From: Candidatus Latescibacterota bacterium
GTDB lineage: Bacteria > Latescibacterota > CBDEFO01
Direction of reading: 5' to 3'
DNA: 64,000 nt
Assembly (NCBI GenBank): GCA_965248755.1
Contig: OZ252149.1
Coordinates: forward strand, 1,760,001-1,824,000
The position numbers were made by a program, and so were the translations under genes. Below the pieces are notes generated by a model. That model ran no database searches, had not been told where the DNA came from, and worked only from the letters and a program-made list of their open reading frames with translations. Shown here piece by piece: positions 48,749 through 59,300 of the stretch. Positions within the stretch are counted from its first letter, which is position 1. Every line of letters starts with the position of its first letter.

Positions 48749-49765
48749 ATGTCATACAATTTCTGGAAGACAGCACAGCTTTTTGCGATATCGCTATCTG
48801 TAATAATCCTCTTTTCAACGTCCGAAGCAGGGGAGGATGAAGCTTTTCAAATCAGCGGATTCGTAGATGCAAGCTATTTTGTAGATAGCAATGACGAAAA
48901 CAGCTTCTTCGGTCTGGATCAGGCCGAGGTGGATGTGACAAAATCGTTTCAGGACAGAGCCAGCCTCAGGGCAGATATAGACTATACTAACGACGGAGAA
49001 GGTGGGTTTTCTGCCGATTTGGAACAGGGCTATCTTTCGGTCTCCGCCGACTGGGGCGACGGAGTGAACTTTACGTTCGGCAAATTCAACATCCCTATGG
49101 GCTTTGAATTGCTCGACGCTGTAGATATGTATCAGTTCTCACATTCACTGCTCTTCAACTATGCCATTCCGACAAACGTCACAGGCCTGATGATCTCTCC
49201 AACCATCTCTGACAAGCTGGATCTGTCGTTATATGTCGTAAACGGTTGGGACGTCAACAACGACAACAACAAGGACAAAACCTTCGGCGGACGCCTGGGC
49301 ATAACGCCTAAAGAGGGCGTAAACTTCGGACTTTCGGGGATCATCGGAGCTGAGAAGAACGACAACGGTGACGACCTTCGCTCCGTGTTCGATCTGGACA
49401 TTACCATTACTACCGTGGAGAACTTAACGTTGGGTGGTGAGTTCAATATCGGAAGCGAGGAAATAGGAGACGAAAGCGGAAACTGGACAGGCGTAATGGT
49501 GATGGCTCACTACTACTACAGCGATTGGGCTGGCATAACGGGCAGGTTCGATCTTCTGGACGATGACGACGGCCTTCGGCTACCGGAGGGGATAAGCCAG
49601 CAGAGGATCTCCATCACAGTAGCTCCGACCTTTACTGTTGCGGATGGAGCCGGAATCCTCCTGGAATACCGTTTCGACAAATCGGACGAGGAGGTATTCG
49701 TCGAAGAAGATGGGAAAACAGATAATAACAGCACTATAGCTCTGGAGTTTACGTACGCATTCTGA
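48749..49765 (+). CDS. Outer-membrane beta-barrel porin (BBP2/DUF1597-like)
   Basis: Signal peptide, ISGFVDASY, GKFNIPMGFE, SHSLLF, VNGWD, EYRFD, C-terminal YAF. Confidence 0.8.
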   Translation: MSYNFWKTAQLFAISLSVIILFSTSEAGEDEAFQISGFVDASYFVDSNDENSFFGLDQAEVDVTKSFQDRASLRADIDYTNDGEGGFSADLEQGYLSVSADWGDGVNFTFGKFNIPMGFELLDAVDMYQFSHSLLFNYAIPTNVTGLMISPTISDKLDLSLYVVNGWDVNNDNNKDKTFGGRLGITPKEGVNFGLSGIIGAEKNDNGDDLRSVFDLDITITTVENLTLGGEFNIGSEEIGDESGNWTGVMVMAHYYYSDWAGITGRFDLLDDDDGLRLPEGISQQRISITVAPTFTVADGAGILLEYRFDKSDEEVFVEEDGKTDNNSTIALEFTYAF

Positions 49766-50595
49766 GCGTGGCAGGCTTATAAACAAATGGGGGGTCTAAG
49801 CTTGTAATCGGTGCTAAGTAAAGGAGGAATGAACGCCATACAGGGAGCACATAATCAAATTCGTCCTGAGCTCTCACGATACAGCCTGTAGCTTCCCCCC
49901 ATTTTCACTTTCTGCTCTGTCTGCTCTTTAATTTCATCTTCCACTCCACGGCTGAAATCAGGATCATCACAGCCGCAAAGAAGGATACAACAAATAGATC
50001 GCTGTTCATCCATCCTAGAATGTCCATCGGTCTTCCCTTTCTTCCCCCCCTCCCTATTCGCCCCCACTTACTCTTTCTACCTTCTAAGACGATTTATCGG
50101 CGCTTGAGTTTCATATTGGAGCTGTGATTTTGCCGGCGTTACGAGTTACGACCAAGATCCCTACACTTATCTATCGTCCTCAAAGGTTGCAAGGCGTAAA
50201 AGATGAAGTTGTAGAACATAGCTACTTCTACTCCAGCGTCTTTTAAGCTTTCAAGTGCTCTTGTGAGTTTATCTTCACCGCGACAGAATAGAGGCCTGGG
50301 CTTATGAGCAAGAAAAGGGTGGATATGTGGTAGCTTAAGGCCAAGAAGATTCGTTGATCCCCACCGTCCCAGCGATGGTATCCAACGCCTTTCCCTTTTC
50401 CATTTAAAGTTGCGCTCATCTTCCTATTTCACATTGAAATGTCCCCCAGCCTGCATTTTAAAATGGAGATGCAGGCTGTAATATTATTACTTACCTCCAC
50501 CAGCATCACGATTACACAAGTATAAGCACTGATCAATAAGAAATAGTCCCTTTTTTTCTGCTTCAAAAGCTGGCCGAAGAAATCTCCACACCTTT

Positions 50596-50611
50596 TGGCA
50601 TAAAACTTGCA
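50596..50611 (+). promoter_or_regulatory. sigma54 (-24/-12) promoter
   Basis: TGGCATAAAACTTGCA (GG-N10-GC) about 100 nt upstream of the DUF5069 gene. Confidence 0.7.
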
Positions 50612-50706
50612 CTACATACTAGCAGGTATCGAGGTAATGCATTCTATATTAATAAGATCGAAGGTTAAATTCAAACTTTCAACATTCACTACAGGAGGCA
50701 CATCAG

Positions 50707-51168
50707 ATGGACTTAACCAAACAGTATCCCAGGAGTCCTTACGAGAAGTTGGGACCTTACATATTCTTGGCCCGCACCCTGGACAAAAGCCGGGCGTACA
50801 ATGCGGCGACGTTGGGAGAGTATACATACAATTGTTCTAACGATGTCATAGTGTTCAAGTTTTTGGGAATTAACCACGAAGAGTTTGCCGAAGCTGCAAA
50901 GGAGAGAAAAGCAGACGAGGAGATGCTCTCGTGGGTCGATGAGAACGCTGAAAATAAGCACTCCTCGGAAGAGATTGAGGCTTTCAACAAAAAGTTTCAG
51001 GACAGAAAGCCTGACACTCCGGAAAAACAGGAATATTTTAACGAACTGCTTATGGACCTAGCTCCGGGGCGGACTGATATTAAGACGTGGTTCGATCTTA
51101 TAGATGCCGATGAGGGACGCAATGTGGTACGGTCAGATTGCCCTTTTCGATCTTCGGTAGCAGCTTGA
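50707..51168 (+). CDS. DUF5069-family protein, copy 1
   Basis: DLTKQYPRSP, LARTLDKSRA, LGEYTYNC, TWFDLIDADEGR. Confidence 0.8.
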   Translation: MDLTKQYPRSPYEKLGPYIFLARTLDKSRAYNAATLGEYTYNCSNDVIVFKFLGINHEEFAEAAKERKADEEMLSWVDENAENKHSSEEIEAFNKKFQDRKPDTPEKQEYFNELLMDLAPGRTDIKTWFDLIDADEGRNVVRSDCPFRSSVAA

Positions 51169-51489
51169 GCGAAATAACCGCCTTCTGAGACGGTGTTAAA
51201 CGCCGGCGCTTCAGGTTCGTTGAGAGTCTAACTCTTGGCGATTGTTGCTCTCATGATCTCTTTTTAGTCTGCTAAACGCTGGGCCTTAGATAACTAATCT
51301 TTTGTGATTACCAATTCTTTGAAGATCGTTCCAAAAAAGCTCGAAGTAATACCATATGTTCCTGGCTTAACCTGTATTTGGCATTTTCGGGTAATTTTTA
51401 CATGGTAACTATTTCACAGGGCCTTTACATATCTGCTAACAATAATATCTTATTGATGACGACCGCTAAAGGTAGAAAGGCATCAGATA

Positions 51490-51867
51490 ATGGAGTCTAC
51501 GATGATGCAGGGTTTAATGGGACATGCGTTGTGGGTAAAAATCTGGATGGGCTGGATGATGGTGATAAACCTAATGCCTTTTCTTTTTCTGCGCCACAGG
51601 GAAGCCCGGTGGACTCTGGCTGCCTTCGTTGCTAGCTTCATCAGCATGAACCTCCTGGCCGAGATGAACGGCTTCAACCGACTGCTCGGAATTGCCCATA
51701 TTATTTGGTGGACTCCCCTTGTCATCTATCTGTTCCGGCGCCGTAAAGAGCTGGACTATAACACCTTGTTCAGCAGGTTGGTCATAGTGCTGCTCATCAC
51801 CAACACGGCTTCCCTGGTCATTGACTATGTGGACGTTATCCGTTTTGTGATAGGAGACCGAAGCTGA
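51490..51867 (+). CDS. Hypothetical four-TM membrane protein
   Basis: WVKIWMGW, RLLGIAHIIWWTPL, SLVIDYVDV. Confidence 0.75.
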   Translation: MESTMMQGLMGHALWVKIWMGWMMVINLMPFLFLRHREARWTLAAFVASFISMNLLAEMNGFNRLLGIAHIIWWTPLVIYLFRRRKELDYNTLFSRLVIVLLITNTASLVIDYVDVIRFVIGDRS

Positions 51868-52050
51868 GAGATTCGTTAGGGTCGTGAAGTTTTTTCTTTG
51901 ATAGTAGCGACTCATAACCGTCCTGATCAATCAATAGGACTAAACTCCCTGCTACCACATGTATTACAACATTTAGCATTATCTTAATTATTTAGTCGAA
52001 GCGAAGATTGCTGAGGGTCTCAAGCTGCTGGCTGGTGACGCGGATCCCGG

Positions 52051-52133
52051 TTTTGCTTCCCCGAGGCGTATCGCAAGGTATTCGTGCCACCAACGGTTTG
52101 GAGCGCTTCAATCGGGAATTGGCGACGCACCGA
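52051..52133 (+). pseudogene. IS256-family transposase remnant
   Basis: FCFPEAYRK / IRATNGLERFNREL / RRT across frameshifts, resembling the IS256 catalytic-Glu motif. Confidence 0.65.
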
Positions 52134-52229
52134 TCCATGAAAGTTGCAATCAGGAGTAATTTATCTTATATTCTTGATTGAAGGATAAAGTCACACTTTC
52201 AACATTCATTCAGTACGGGGGCAAATTAG

Positions 52230-52649
52230 ATGGATTTAACTAAAGAATATCCCAGGAGCTCTTATGAGAAGTTAGGACCTTACATATTTTTAGTCCGTAC
52301 GCTCGACAAATGTCGGGCGCACCATGCGGGGAAGTTAGGAGAGTATAAGTACAACTGTCCTTTAGACATAATATTATTCGAATTTCTGGGAATTGACCAC
52401 GAGGAGTTTGCCGAAGCTGCAAAGGAGAGAAAAACAGACGAGGAGATGCTCTCGTGGGTCGATGAGAACGCTGAAAATAAGCACTCCTCGGAAGAGATTG
52501 AGGCCTTCAACAAAAAGTTTCAGGACAGAAGGCCGGATACCCCAGAAAAGCAGGAATATTTCAACGAACGTGTTGCGGAACTCGCTCCAGGGCGGACCGA
52601 TATTGAGACCTGGTTCGATCTTCTGGACACCGATGAAGGACGCATATAG
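52230..52649 (+). CDS. DUF5069-family protein, copy 2
   Basis: Close paralog of 50707-51168 with a near-identical central block. Confidence 0.82.
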   Translation: MDLTKEYPRSSYEKLGPYIFLVRTLDKCRAHHAGKLGEYKYNCPLDIILFEFLGIDHEEFAEAAKERKTDEEMLSWVDENAENKHSSEEIEAFNKKFQDRRPDTPEKQEYFNERVAELAPGRTDIETWFDLLDTDEGRI

Positions 52650-52865
52650 GTAGTCGCCAGTAAGAGAGACATTCGGTCTAGTTAGACAGTATATAGCTCA
52701 ACCCTGACCATTCTTCCTGAAAAGGGAGAGTTCCTCACTTTGCAGGCGATGCCATTGCCTGCTCTTACCTTTTCTCATTGCGAGGGTTTCTTGCCCCGAC
52801 CTCGAACCAGATGCGAAGCAGAACCAATCTCAACGGGTGAGATGGTCCACCTTTCTACGAATGTA

Positions 52866-54065
52866 TCAGGCATCAGGAGGTCCAATCTCCTGATTCGGAA
52901 AAAGCTTCTGTAGCAAGCCGTTCAGACTGTCTGAGCGGGCATACATAAGCTGATAGTGACCGGGCACTAATCTTTTAGCTATCTCTATGACTTCTCTGCT
53001 GGTGGGATCGGGAGAGAGCACAACAAGTGTATCTTGATGGGAATCTGAGGCCTTAAAGGGGATGACCTTCTTCTGGGTAGACTTTAGTTTTAACTCGTCG
53101 CCGCCGATCTTCATGATTCTCTTTATAAATTCCAGTCTGTCCTTGTCGATCTTCTCGTTTTGAAGCTCCATTCCCTCCACATTTCCCACCCTGGCAAGCT
53201 CTCCGAACACCGCGTGATGGTCAACCCCCATCTCCTCTACGAGTATAGTGCCTATTCTGCGATTCTGTCCATCGCGCACCTGCATTAAGACGGCTTTTTT
53301 TAGGATCTCTTTATCTATGACGTCCTTCTTTAGAAGAGCTTGAGTTAGACCGACCCCGAGCCTTTTCAGTCTCTCCTTTTCTTTTTCCTCCAAAGATGAG
53401 GATTCACCTGTGCGGCTCATCTTGCGTCTCTCTATTTCCGATCTTCTATCTACGTCTGAACGTCCATCTTGCATGTCCCCAGTAAGGGGAAGATCAGATA
53501 TTCTCCTATCCATTTTTCTTCTGTCAATTTCTGATCTCTTCTCTGACTTGCGGCGTTCTTTTTCCGGATCCCAGACCTCTCTTTCTCTTCTCCTCATCAT
53601 AAGCTGTTCCTGCTTGATCCTGTTCTGTTCTTTTTTTTCGCCTATGCCGTTGAATATAAGCTTTATCCCCAGAAGGGCCAAGAACCCGGCGCCGCCTCTA
53701 ACTAAATCCATCCAGTCTACCGAAATTTTGCTGATTGTGAACTGCGGTTGGTAAATCAGCCCAAAATTGATCAAGATAATACAGCCGATGCCTAACATTC
53801 CCAAAAACTCCAGAAAGACGTATTTTCCCACGTTTGCCCTGTTTAGAAAACCTATTATAAAGGCCAGGAACACGGCTGCGAATATTCCTCCTATGATGGC
53901 GGGCTTAAGCTGATACTGAACAAGCACCACACCGCAGGCAGCGATGATGAATAGGACAAAGCTATTGGCAAAGTAGCTCTCAGGGGATGAATGGTACGTT
54001 CTTCTGCGTTTTTCTTCCTCTATGCGAGACTCTATATGTCCGGCTATATCATCGGACCGATTCAT
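52866..54065 (-). CDS. Membrane protein with Arg-rich repeats and MshEN/GspE-N-like domain
   Basis: Four TMs; ERR/DRR repeats; RLGVGLTQALLKKDVI..ILKKAVLMQ..RRIGTILVEE; IPF..LVVLSPDP. Confidence 0.7.
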   Translation of the reverse strand: MNRSDDIAGHIESRIEEEKRRRTYHSSPESYFANSFVLFIIAACGVVLVQYQLKPAIIGGIFAAVFLAFIIGFLNRANVGKYVFLEFLGMLGIGCIILINFGLIYQPQFTISKISVDWMDLVRGGAGFLALLGIKLIFNGIGEKKEQNRIKQEQLMMRRREREVWDPEKERRKSEKRSEIDRRKMDRRISDLPLTGDMQDGRSDVDRRSEIERRKMSRTGESSSLEEKEKERLKRLGVGLTQALLKKDVIDKEILKKAVLMQVRDGQNRRIGTILVEEMGVDHHAVFGELARVGNVEGMELQNEKIDKDRLEFIKRIMKIGGDELKLKSTQKKVIPFKASDSHQDTLVVLSPDPTSREVIEIAKRLVPGHYQLMYARSDSLNGLLQKLFPNQEIGPPDA

Positions 54066-54160
54066 TTTAGGACTCCAATCTGTAAATTAGAAATTATCCT
54101 AATATATATCATTTATTTACACTTGTCAAATATAAAGTTTGTCATCTTCAAATTCTACCC

Positions 54161-54189
54161 TTGACATTCGTTAATAATTTTCATATATT
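54161..54189 (+). promoter_or_regulatory. sigma70-type promoter (back-to-back with a minus-strand promoter at about 54101-54129)
   Basis: TTGACA-N17-TATATT on each strand. Confidence 0.75.
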
Positions 54190-54194
54190 AAGTT

Positions 54195-54295
54195 CTGCTG
54201 CGAAAGTGGTCCAAGGAGCGTTGGGGAACGCTCCTTGGACAAGGTAGCTGCTCAGGGCTGTTTAAGACCTCGCGTCTTCAAACAGCCCTGTTTTT
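54195..54295 (+). ncRNA. Putative orphan structured small RNA
   Basis: Perfect 14-bp hairpin 54209-54240 followed by a terminator at 54253-54295, directly after a consensus promoter; no credible ORF. Confidence 0.55.
54253..54295 (+). terminator. Intrinsic terminator
   Basis: CAGGGCTGTTT-AAGAC-loop-GTCTT-C-AAACAGCCCTG-TTTTT. Confidence 0.8.
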
Positions 54296-54647
54296 GCTTT
54301 CCCAGTATATTCCTTAATAGTATAACCTAATTGATGAGTGCCACGATGTCGTGGCACTTAACACCTAATCTATAGTATAGCCTACTCTTCCTGTAATTGC
54401 TGTGGTTTCTATCACTTAAAGATAGATTTTCTGTTCGACCATGCACAAAGCCCTTGCAAACACATGAGTTTTACTATATCTTCATAAGCAGGAAGCCGAT
54501 CCTATCTTATGTATCATTGCGCTCCAATCCAGAAGTAGCGATGGACGAACGTTTAAGTCAAAACTACAGTCTTTAGGAGGAGTTTCTTGGACTTCTGTAA
54601 GGTTTTACGTCTTGAGCATTACGGCCAACTTTTAAGAGGTGACCTAC

Positions 54648-56249
54648 ATGGCTGACAATATAGACCTTCAAAAGATGGTAGAGAGGTTGAACCAGGTCGG
54701 GATCGCCCTCTCTGGCGAACGGAATCTGAACAGGCTTTTGGAAATGATCGTGGATAATGCGAGGGACTTTACGAACGCGGATGGGGGAACCCTCTACCTG
54801 GTTCAGGATAAGGACCTTAAGTTCGAGATTCTTCAGAACGGCACTCTAAACACGAGGATGGGAGGCACAAGCGGACAGGAGATAACCTGGCCGCCTGTGC
54901 CCCTTTACATAGAAGGAAAACCCAACGAGTCGCACGTCTCTGCGAATGTGGCAAACACAGGTGAAGCGGTTAATATTCCGGACGTCTACGAAGCGAAAGG
55001 ATTCGATTTTACAGGGACGAGGAATTTTGACGAGAGCTCCGGCTACAGGTCTAAGTCGATGCTCGTTATGCCTATGAGGAATCATGAGGACGACATAATT
55101 GGAGTGCTTCAACTCCTCAACGCAAAGAACCCCGATACAGAGGAACTTATTCCCTTTTCAAGTGACCTTGAGGATTTAATTTCGTCGTTGGCTTCCCAGG
55201 CGGCTGTGGCGATTACCAACGCAGAGCTTATCCAAGAACTGATGAACCTCTTTGATGCCTTTATAAGATCTATCGCGATGGCTATAGATGAAAAATCAGC
55301 CTATACCGCAGGGCACATAAGCAGGGTCGCTGAGTTGACGATGGCGATAGCCCAAAGGGTAAACGATGTTAAAGATGGACCTTATCAAAATGTTCACTTT
55401 ACCCCCGATCAGATGAACGAGCTAAGGGTCGCGGCGTGGATGCACGACGTAGGCAAGATCACAACGCCTGAGTATGTTGTGGATAAGGCTACCAAGCTTG
55501 CGACTATATTCGACAGGGTGGAGATGGTTAAGACGCGCTATGAGATTCTCAAGCGGGATTTGGAAATTAAGGCCCTAAAGACAAAGCTGGATCTTGTGTT
55601 GAAGGGTAAGAAAGATCCTGATGAACTCAAAAAGAGCGGGCGAGATTTGAAAAAGAGACTGAAGGAGACACAAGAGGAGATAGATTTTATCTTAGAATGC
55701 AATATGGGTGCTGAGTTTATGGAGGAAGAGAATATCCAGAAGCTTGAGACTATCGCAAAGAAGACTTACAAATCTAATGGAAAGAGGGAGCATCTCCTTA
55801 CAGAGGACGAATTGCACAACCTTTCGATAAGGGGCTTTGGGACTCTGACGGATGAGGAGAGGAAAGTTATCGAAAATCACGCCCTGGTGAGCATTAAGAT
55901 GCTCTCCCAACTCCCGTTCCCCAAAAAGCTGAAGAACGTTACCGAATACGCGGGAGGACACCACGAGCGTTTAGACGGGACAGGCTATCCTTTAGGACTT
56001 ACAGCAGAACAGCTCCCGCTCGAGGCTCGGATTATAGCAGTAGCAGATGTCTTCGAAGCGCTAACAGCCGGGGACAGACCGTACAAAAAGGCCAAGAAGC
56101 TCTCCGAGGCCATGCGTATTATCGGGTTTATGGTCAAGGACAATCACATCGATAAGGATGTGGTCGAGCTCTCCTTGAAAGAACATGTCTTTCAGGAGTA
56201 CGCAAAAAACGAAATGGATCCGAGTCAGGTGGATGACATAGAGGTATAG
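54648..56249 (+). CDS. GAF + HD-GYP phosphodiesterase
   Basis: GAF (ADGGTLY, YRSKSML..PM, GVLQL.N), YTAGH, WMHDVGK, HHERLDGTGYP, ADVFEALT..RPYK. Confidence 0.92.
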   Translation: MADNIDLQKMVERLNQVGIALSGERNLNRLLEMIVDNARDFTNADGGTLYLVQDKDLKFEILQNGTLNTRMGGTSGQEITWPPVPLYIEGKPNESHVSANVANTGEAVNIPDVYEAKGFDFTGTRNFDESSGYRSKSMLVMPMRNHEDDIIGVLQLLNAKNPDTEELIPFSSDLEDLISSLASQAAVAITNAELIQELMNLFDAFIRSIAMAIDEKSAYTAGHISRVAELTMAIAQRVNDVKDGPYQNVHFTPDQMNELRVAAWMHDVGKITTPEYVVDKATKLATIFDRVEMVKTRYEILKRDLEIKALKTKLDLVLKGKKDPDELKKSGRDLKKRLKETQEEIDFILECNMGAEFMEEENIQKLETIAKKTYKSNGKREHLLTEDELHNLSIRGFGTLTDEERKVIENHALVSIKMLSQLPFPKKLKNVTEYAGGHHERLDGTGYPLGLTAEQLPLEARIIAVADVFEALTAGDRPYKKAKKLSEAMRIIGFMVKDNHIDKDVVELSLKEHVFQEYAKNEMDPSQVDDIEV

Positions 56250-56379
56250 TTTTTCAGATCAAGTTACGGGCCCTCCAAAAGAAACTGACAACAATGTCTG
56301 TTCTACCGAAGAACGTTCTGTGGAATAAGAGATTGAAAATACGATAGATGATAGGGATACTCTTGAACGATAGCTCATA

Positions 56380-59300
56380 ATGTCCATACTCGATACATTC
56401 GTCGCCCTGAGCATCAATACCACCGGCCTGAACCCGCAGGAATCTGAGATCATAGAGATAGGAGCCGTAAAGGTTGAATCAAGCGAGATTGAGGACAAGT
56501 TCAGCCATCTCGTCTCTTCCTCCGGTCCCCGATCCAATCTATCGGGGATTCCCCCAGAGACAGCCCGCGCGATAGACGATGCCGAATTTGTAATCCTGGA
56601 CGTGGAGACGACAGGACTGGACGCCTATTCAGGTGATAGGATATGTGAAATAGGCGCGATTAAACTGCACAAGGATCAGGAGATCGATCAGTTTGGGATG
56701 TTGATCGATCCAGGAAGGCCTATCTCTCAAGAGGCTTTTGATGCAAACCAGATCACCCCCGACATGTTGAAAGATGCTCCTTCAATTGAGCGCGTACTTC
56801 CTGATTTCCTCAAATTTATTGATGATTGTGTCATCGTCGCCTATAACTCCGATTTCGACATGAGCTTTCTCCAGTCTGAACTAAAGCTCTCAGGATATGA
56901 GGCTCTGAACAATACTGTAATAGACTTAATGGCGTTAGCCAAACGTCTTATGCCTCAGACCGGGCGTACTCCGCTTTGGAAAGTAGCCCGGAGCCTGGGT
57001 ATTCCCGCTGAAAATCTGCACCGCGCTCTGCCCGACGCAGAGGTCACTCTGAAGGTATTTCTCCATTTCCTTTCAGTCCTTAAAGCCGACGGGACCAAGA
57101 CAGTAGAGGACATTACATTGGCACTTAATCCACCGTCGGATTTCGAAAGGGATGTGAAGAGGAAGAGCCGTCTGACAGGTATATCCTACGACGATATTAA
57201 AGACGCTCCCCCTCTCAGTGAAGTTCTGGACGACCTCAAGCTCTTTGCAGACGAGCTTCCCATAGTCTCCCACAACGCTCGATTTGTGATGTCCTTCCTC
57301 GACAAGTACAGGTTCGACTGCAGGTTCGACCAGCCGTTCTACGACAGCCTCGAAATTTCAAAGGCTCTCCTCCCCACGGTTACCGATCACAGACTCCCTA
57401 CCCTCGTGCAATTCTTCGGATTAGATTCGGAAGGATCTAAAAGGGCGTTGGACAACGCTGAAGTAACTGCCTCTGTCTTTATGGGTCTTGTAGATAAACT
57501 CAAGGACATGGAATTCGAGATAGTAAAAAAGATGCTGCAGATGATCGCGGGCACGGACTCCAGTCTTAAAGAGATCTTCTCCGAATCCCTCAACAGATCC
57601 GCCAAAGATGTCCTTTCAAGAGCCATAACTACCGAGGGAAGACGTGCAGATCGGAAGGGGGATGCAGAGGATTTGAAAGTGCTTTTCAATATCGGAGGAA
57701 TCTCGACAGATAGAGGTTCACTTGAGGCAGACCTAGATCTCGATCCCCTCGATTCTGAAAATGTCGAAGAGATCTTCAAGGAGGACGGTCCCCTTTCTCA
57801 AGCGATAGAAGGCTACGAAAGGAGAGATCAGCAGGTGGAGATGTCTCAAGCTGTAGCTGACGCCCTTAATGACTCTTCGTTCCTGGCCGCCGAGTCAGGA
57901 ACAGGCACCGGCAAGTCCATGGCTTATCTGATTCCCGCCATCTTCTGGGCAGTATCCAACGGAAAAAGAGTCGTAGTCTCCACAAACACCAAGAACCTGC
58001 AGGAACAACTCTTCTACAAAGACCTCCCTCTCCTGGAGAGAATCCTGGACGTCCCTTTCAGATATTGCCTCTTAAAGGGGAGGTCCAACTACATCTGTCT
58101 AAACAGATGGTACAAAGCCCTCGACCGCATAGAATCTTCGTTTACAGACTACGAGAGGAAAGCCGCTCTGCCCTTAATCCTGTGGGCTGAAGAGACCGAA
58201 ACCGGCGATATAAGTCAAAACACCGCCTTCCAGGCCTGGAGATTCCCTACTCTCTGGAACAAAATCTGCTCCGACGGCGCTTTCTGCAAGGCACAGACGT
58301 GCAGATTCGGCAGGAGATGCTTCGCCACAAATATAAGGAGAGAAGCCCTCAGATCCCACGTTGTAGTGGTCAATCACTCCCTGCTATTCTCCGATATGGT
58401 CTCCGAGAACGCTGTCCTTTCCGAATACGAAGACGTGATATTCGACGAAGCGCACAATGTCGAGAAGGTTGCAACTCAATATCTGGGACGAGAACTCGAT
58501 ATATGGAGGGTCAGGAACCTCTGCGACAGGTTCTATCACAAGGAAAAGAACGAAACAGGCATGATGGTCTCTTTAAGGGACGGACTCAGAACTGCTGACC
58601 TCCAGGATCAGGAACTGAGAGCCTACGATTTCAAAATAGACCGCATAATCGAGGCGACCGCATCCTTCCGGAAGACGGCGCAGGACATCTTTAAAGATAT
58701 GGCGCAAAAGATAGGGGACGAAAGTGGAACAGACGCTTATACCGAGAAGATAAGATACAAAAAGGCGTATAACATCTTTGAGCTCTTGCAAGAGGAGTTA
58801 GACGGATTTGCGGATTCGGGTTACTTTCTGAAGTCAGAAATATCGCAGCTCCTAAACTGGCTCAAAGAGCTACCCGGTGACTCCTTCCCTGCACAGGAGG
58901 AACTCACGCAGGAGTCAGAGGGCCAGAGAGCCGAGATAAACGAGATATTGGACGACTTAGACTTCCTCTTAAAAGCCGAAGACGAAGCTTTTGTCTATTG
59001 GCTTGAACTCCCCAACAAAAAGGATAGTTTCGATGTTAAGATGTGCGCTGCACCGCTCGATATAGCCTCTCACCTCAAGGATCGGCTCTACAAAGGACTC
59101 AATACAGCCATCTTCACCTCAGCCACGATAGCCATACGGGGCAAGTTCAAATATTTTTTGGAGCGATTGGGAATAGACAAGATGGAGGAAGATCGAGTTA
59201 AGACCTTCTGTGTCAGTTCTCCCTTCGACTACGACCGTCAGACACTCGTCTGCATACCCTCATTTTTGCCATCCCCTAAAGAATCCTCTCTGTATCAGGA

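Noticed and set aside
50100..50340. Possible gene remnant on the minus strand (..LKDAGVEVAMFYNF..)
   Set aside because: Too short and broken to assign.
51170..51300. Integron attC site between small genes
   Set aside because: Only a weak TCTAAC...TTAGAT resemblance; no convincing palindrome, second site or integrase.
54338..54359. Palindrome AGTGCCACGA-TG-TCGTGGCACT
   Set aside because: Single copy in the window; an operator cannot be distinguished from a REP-like scar.
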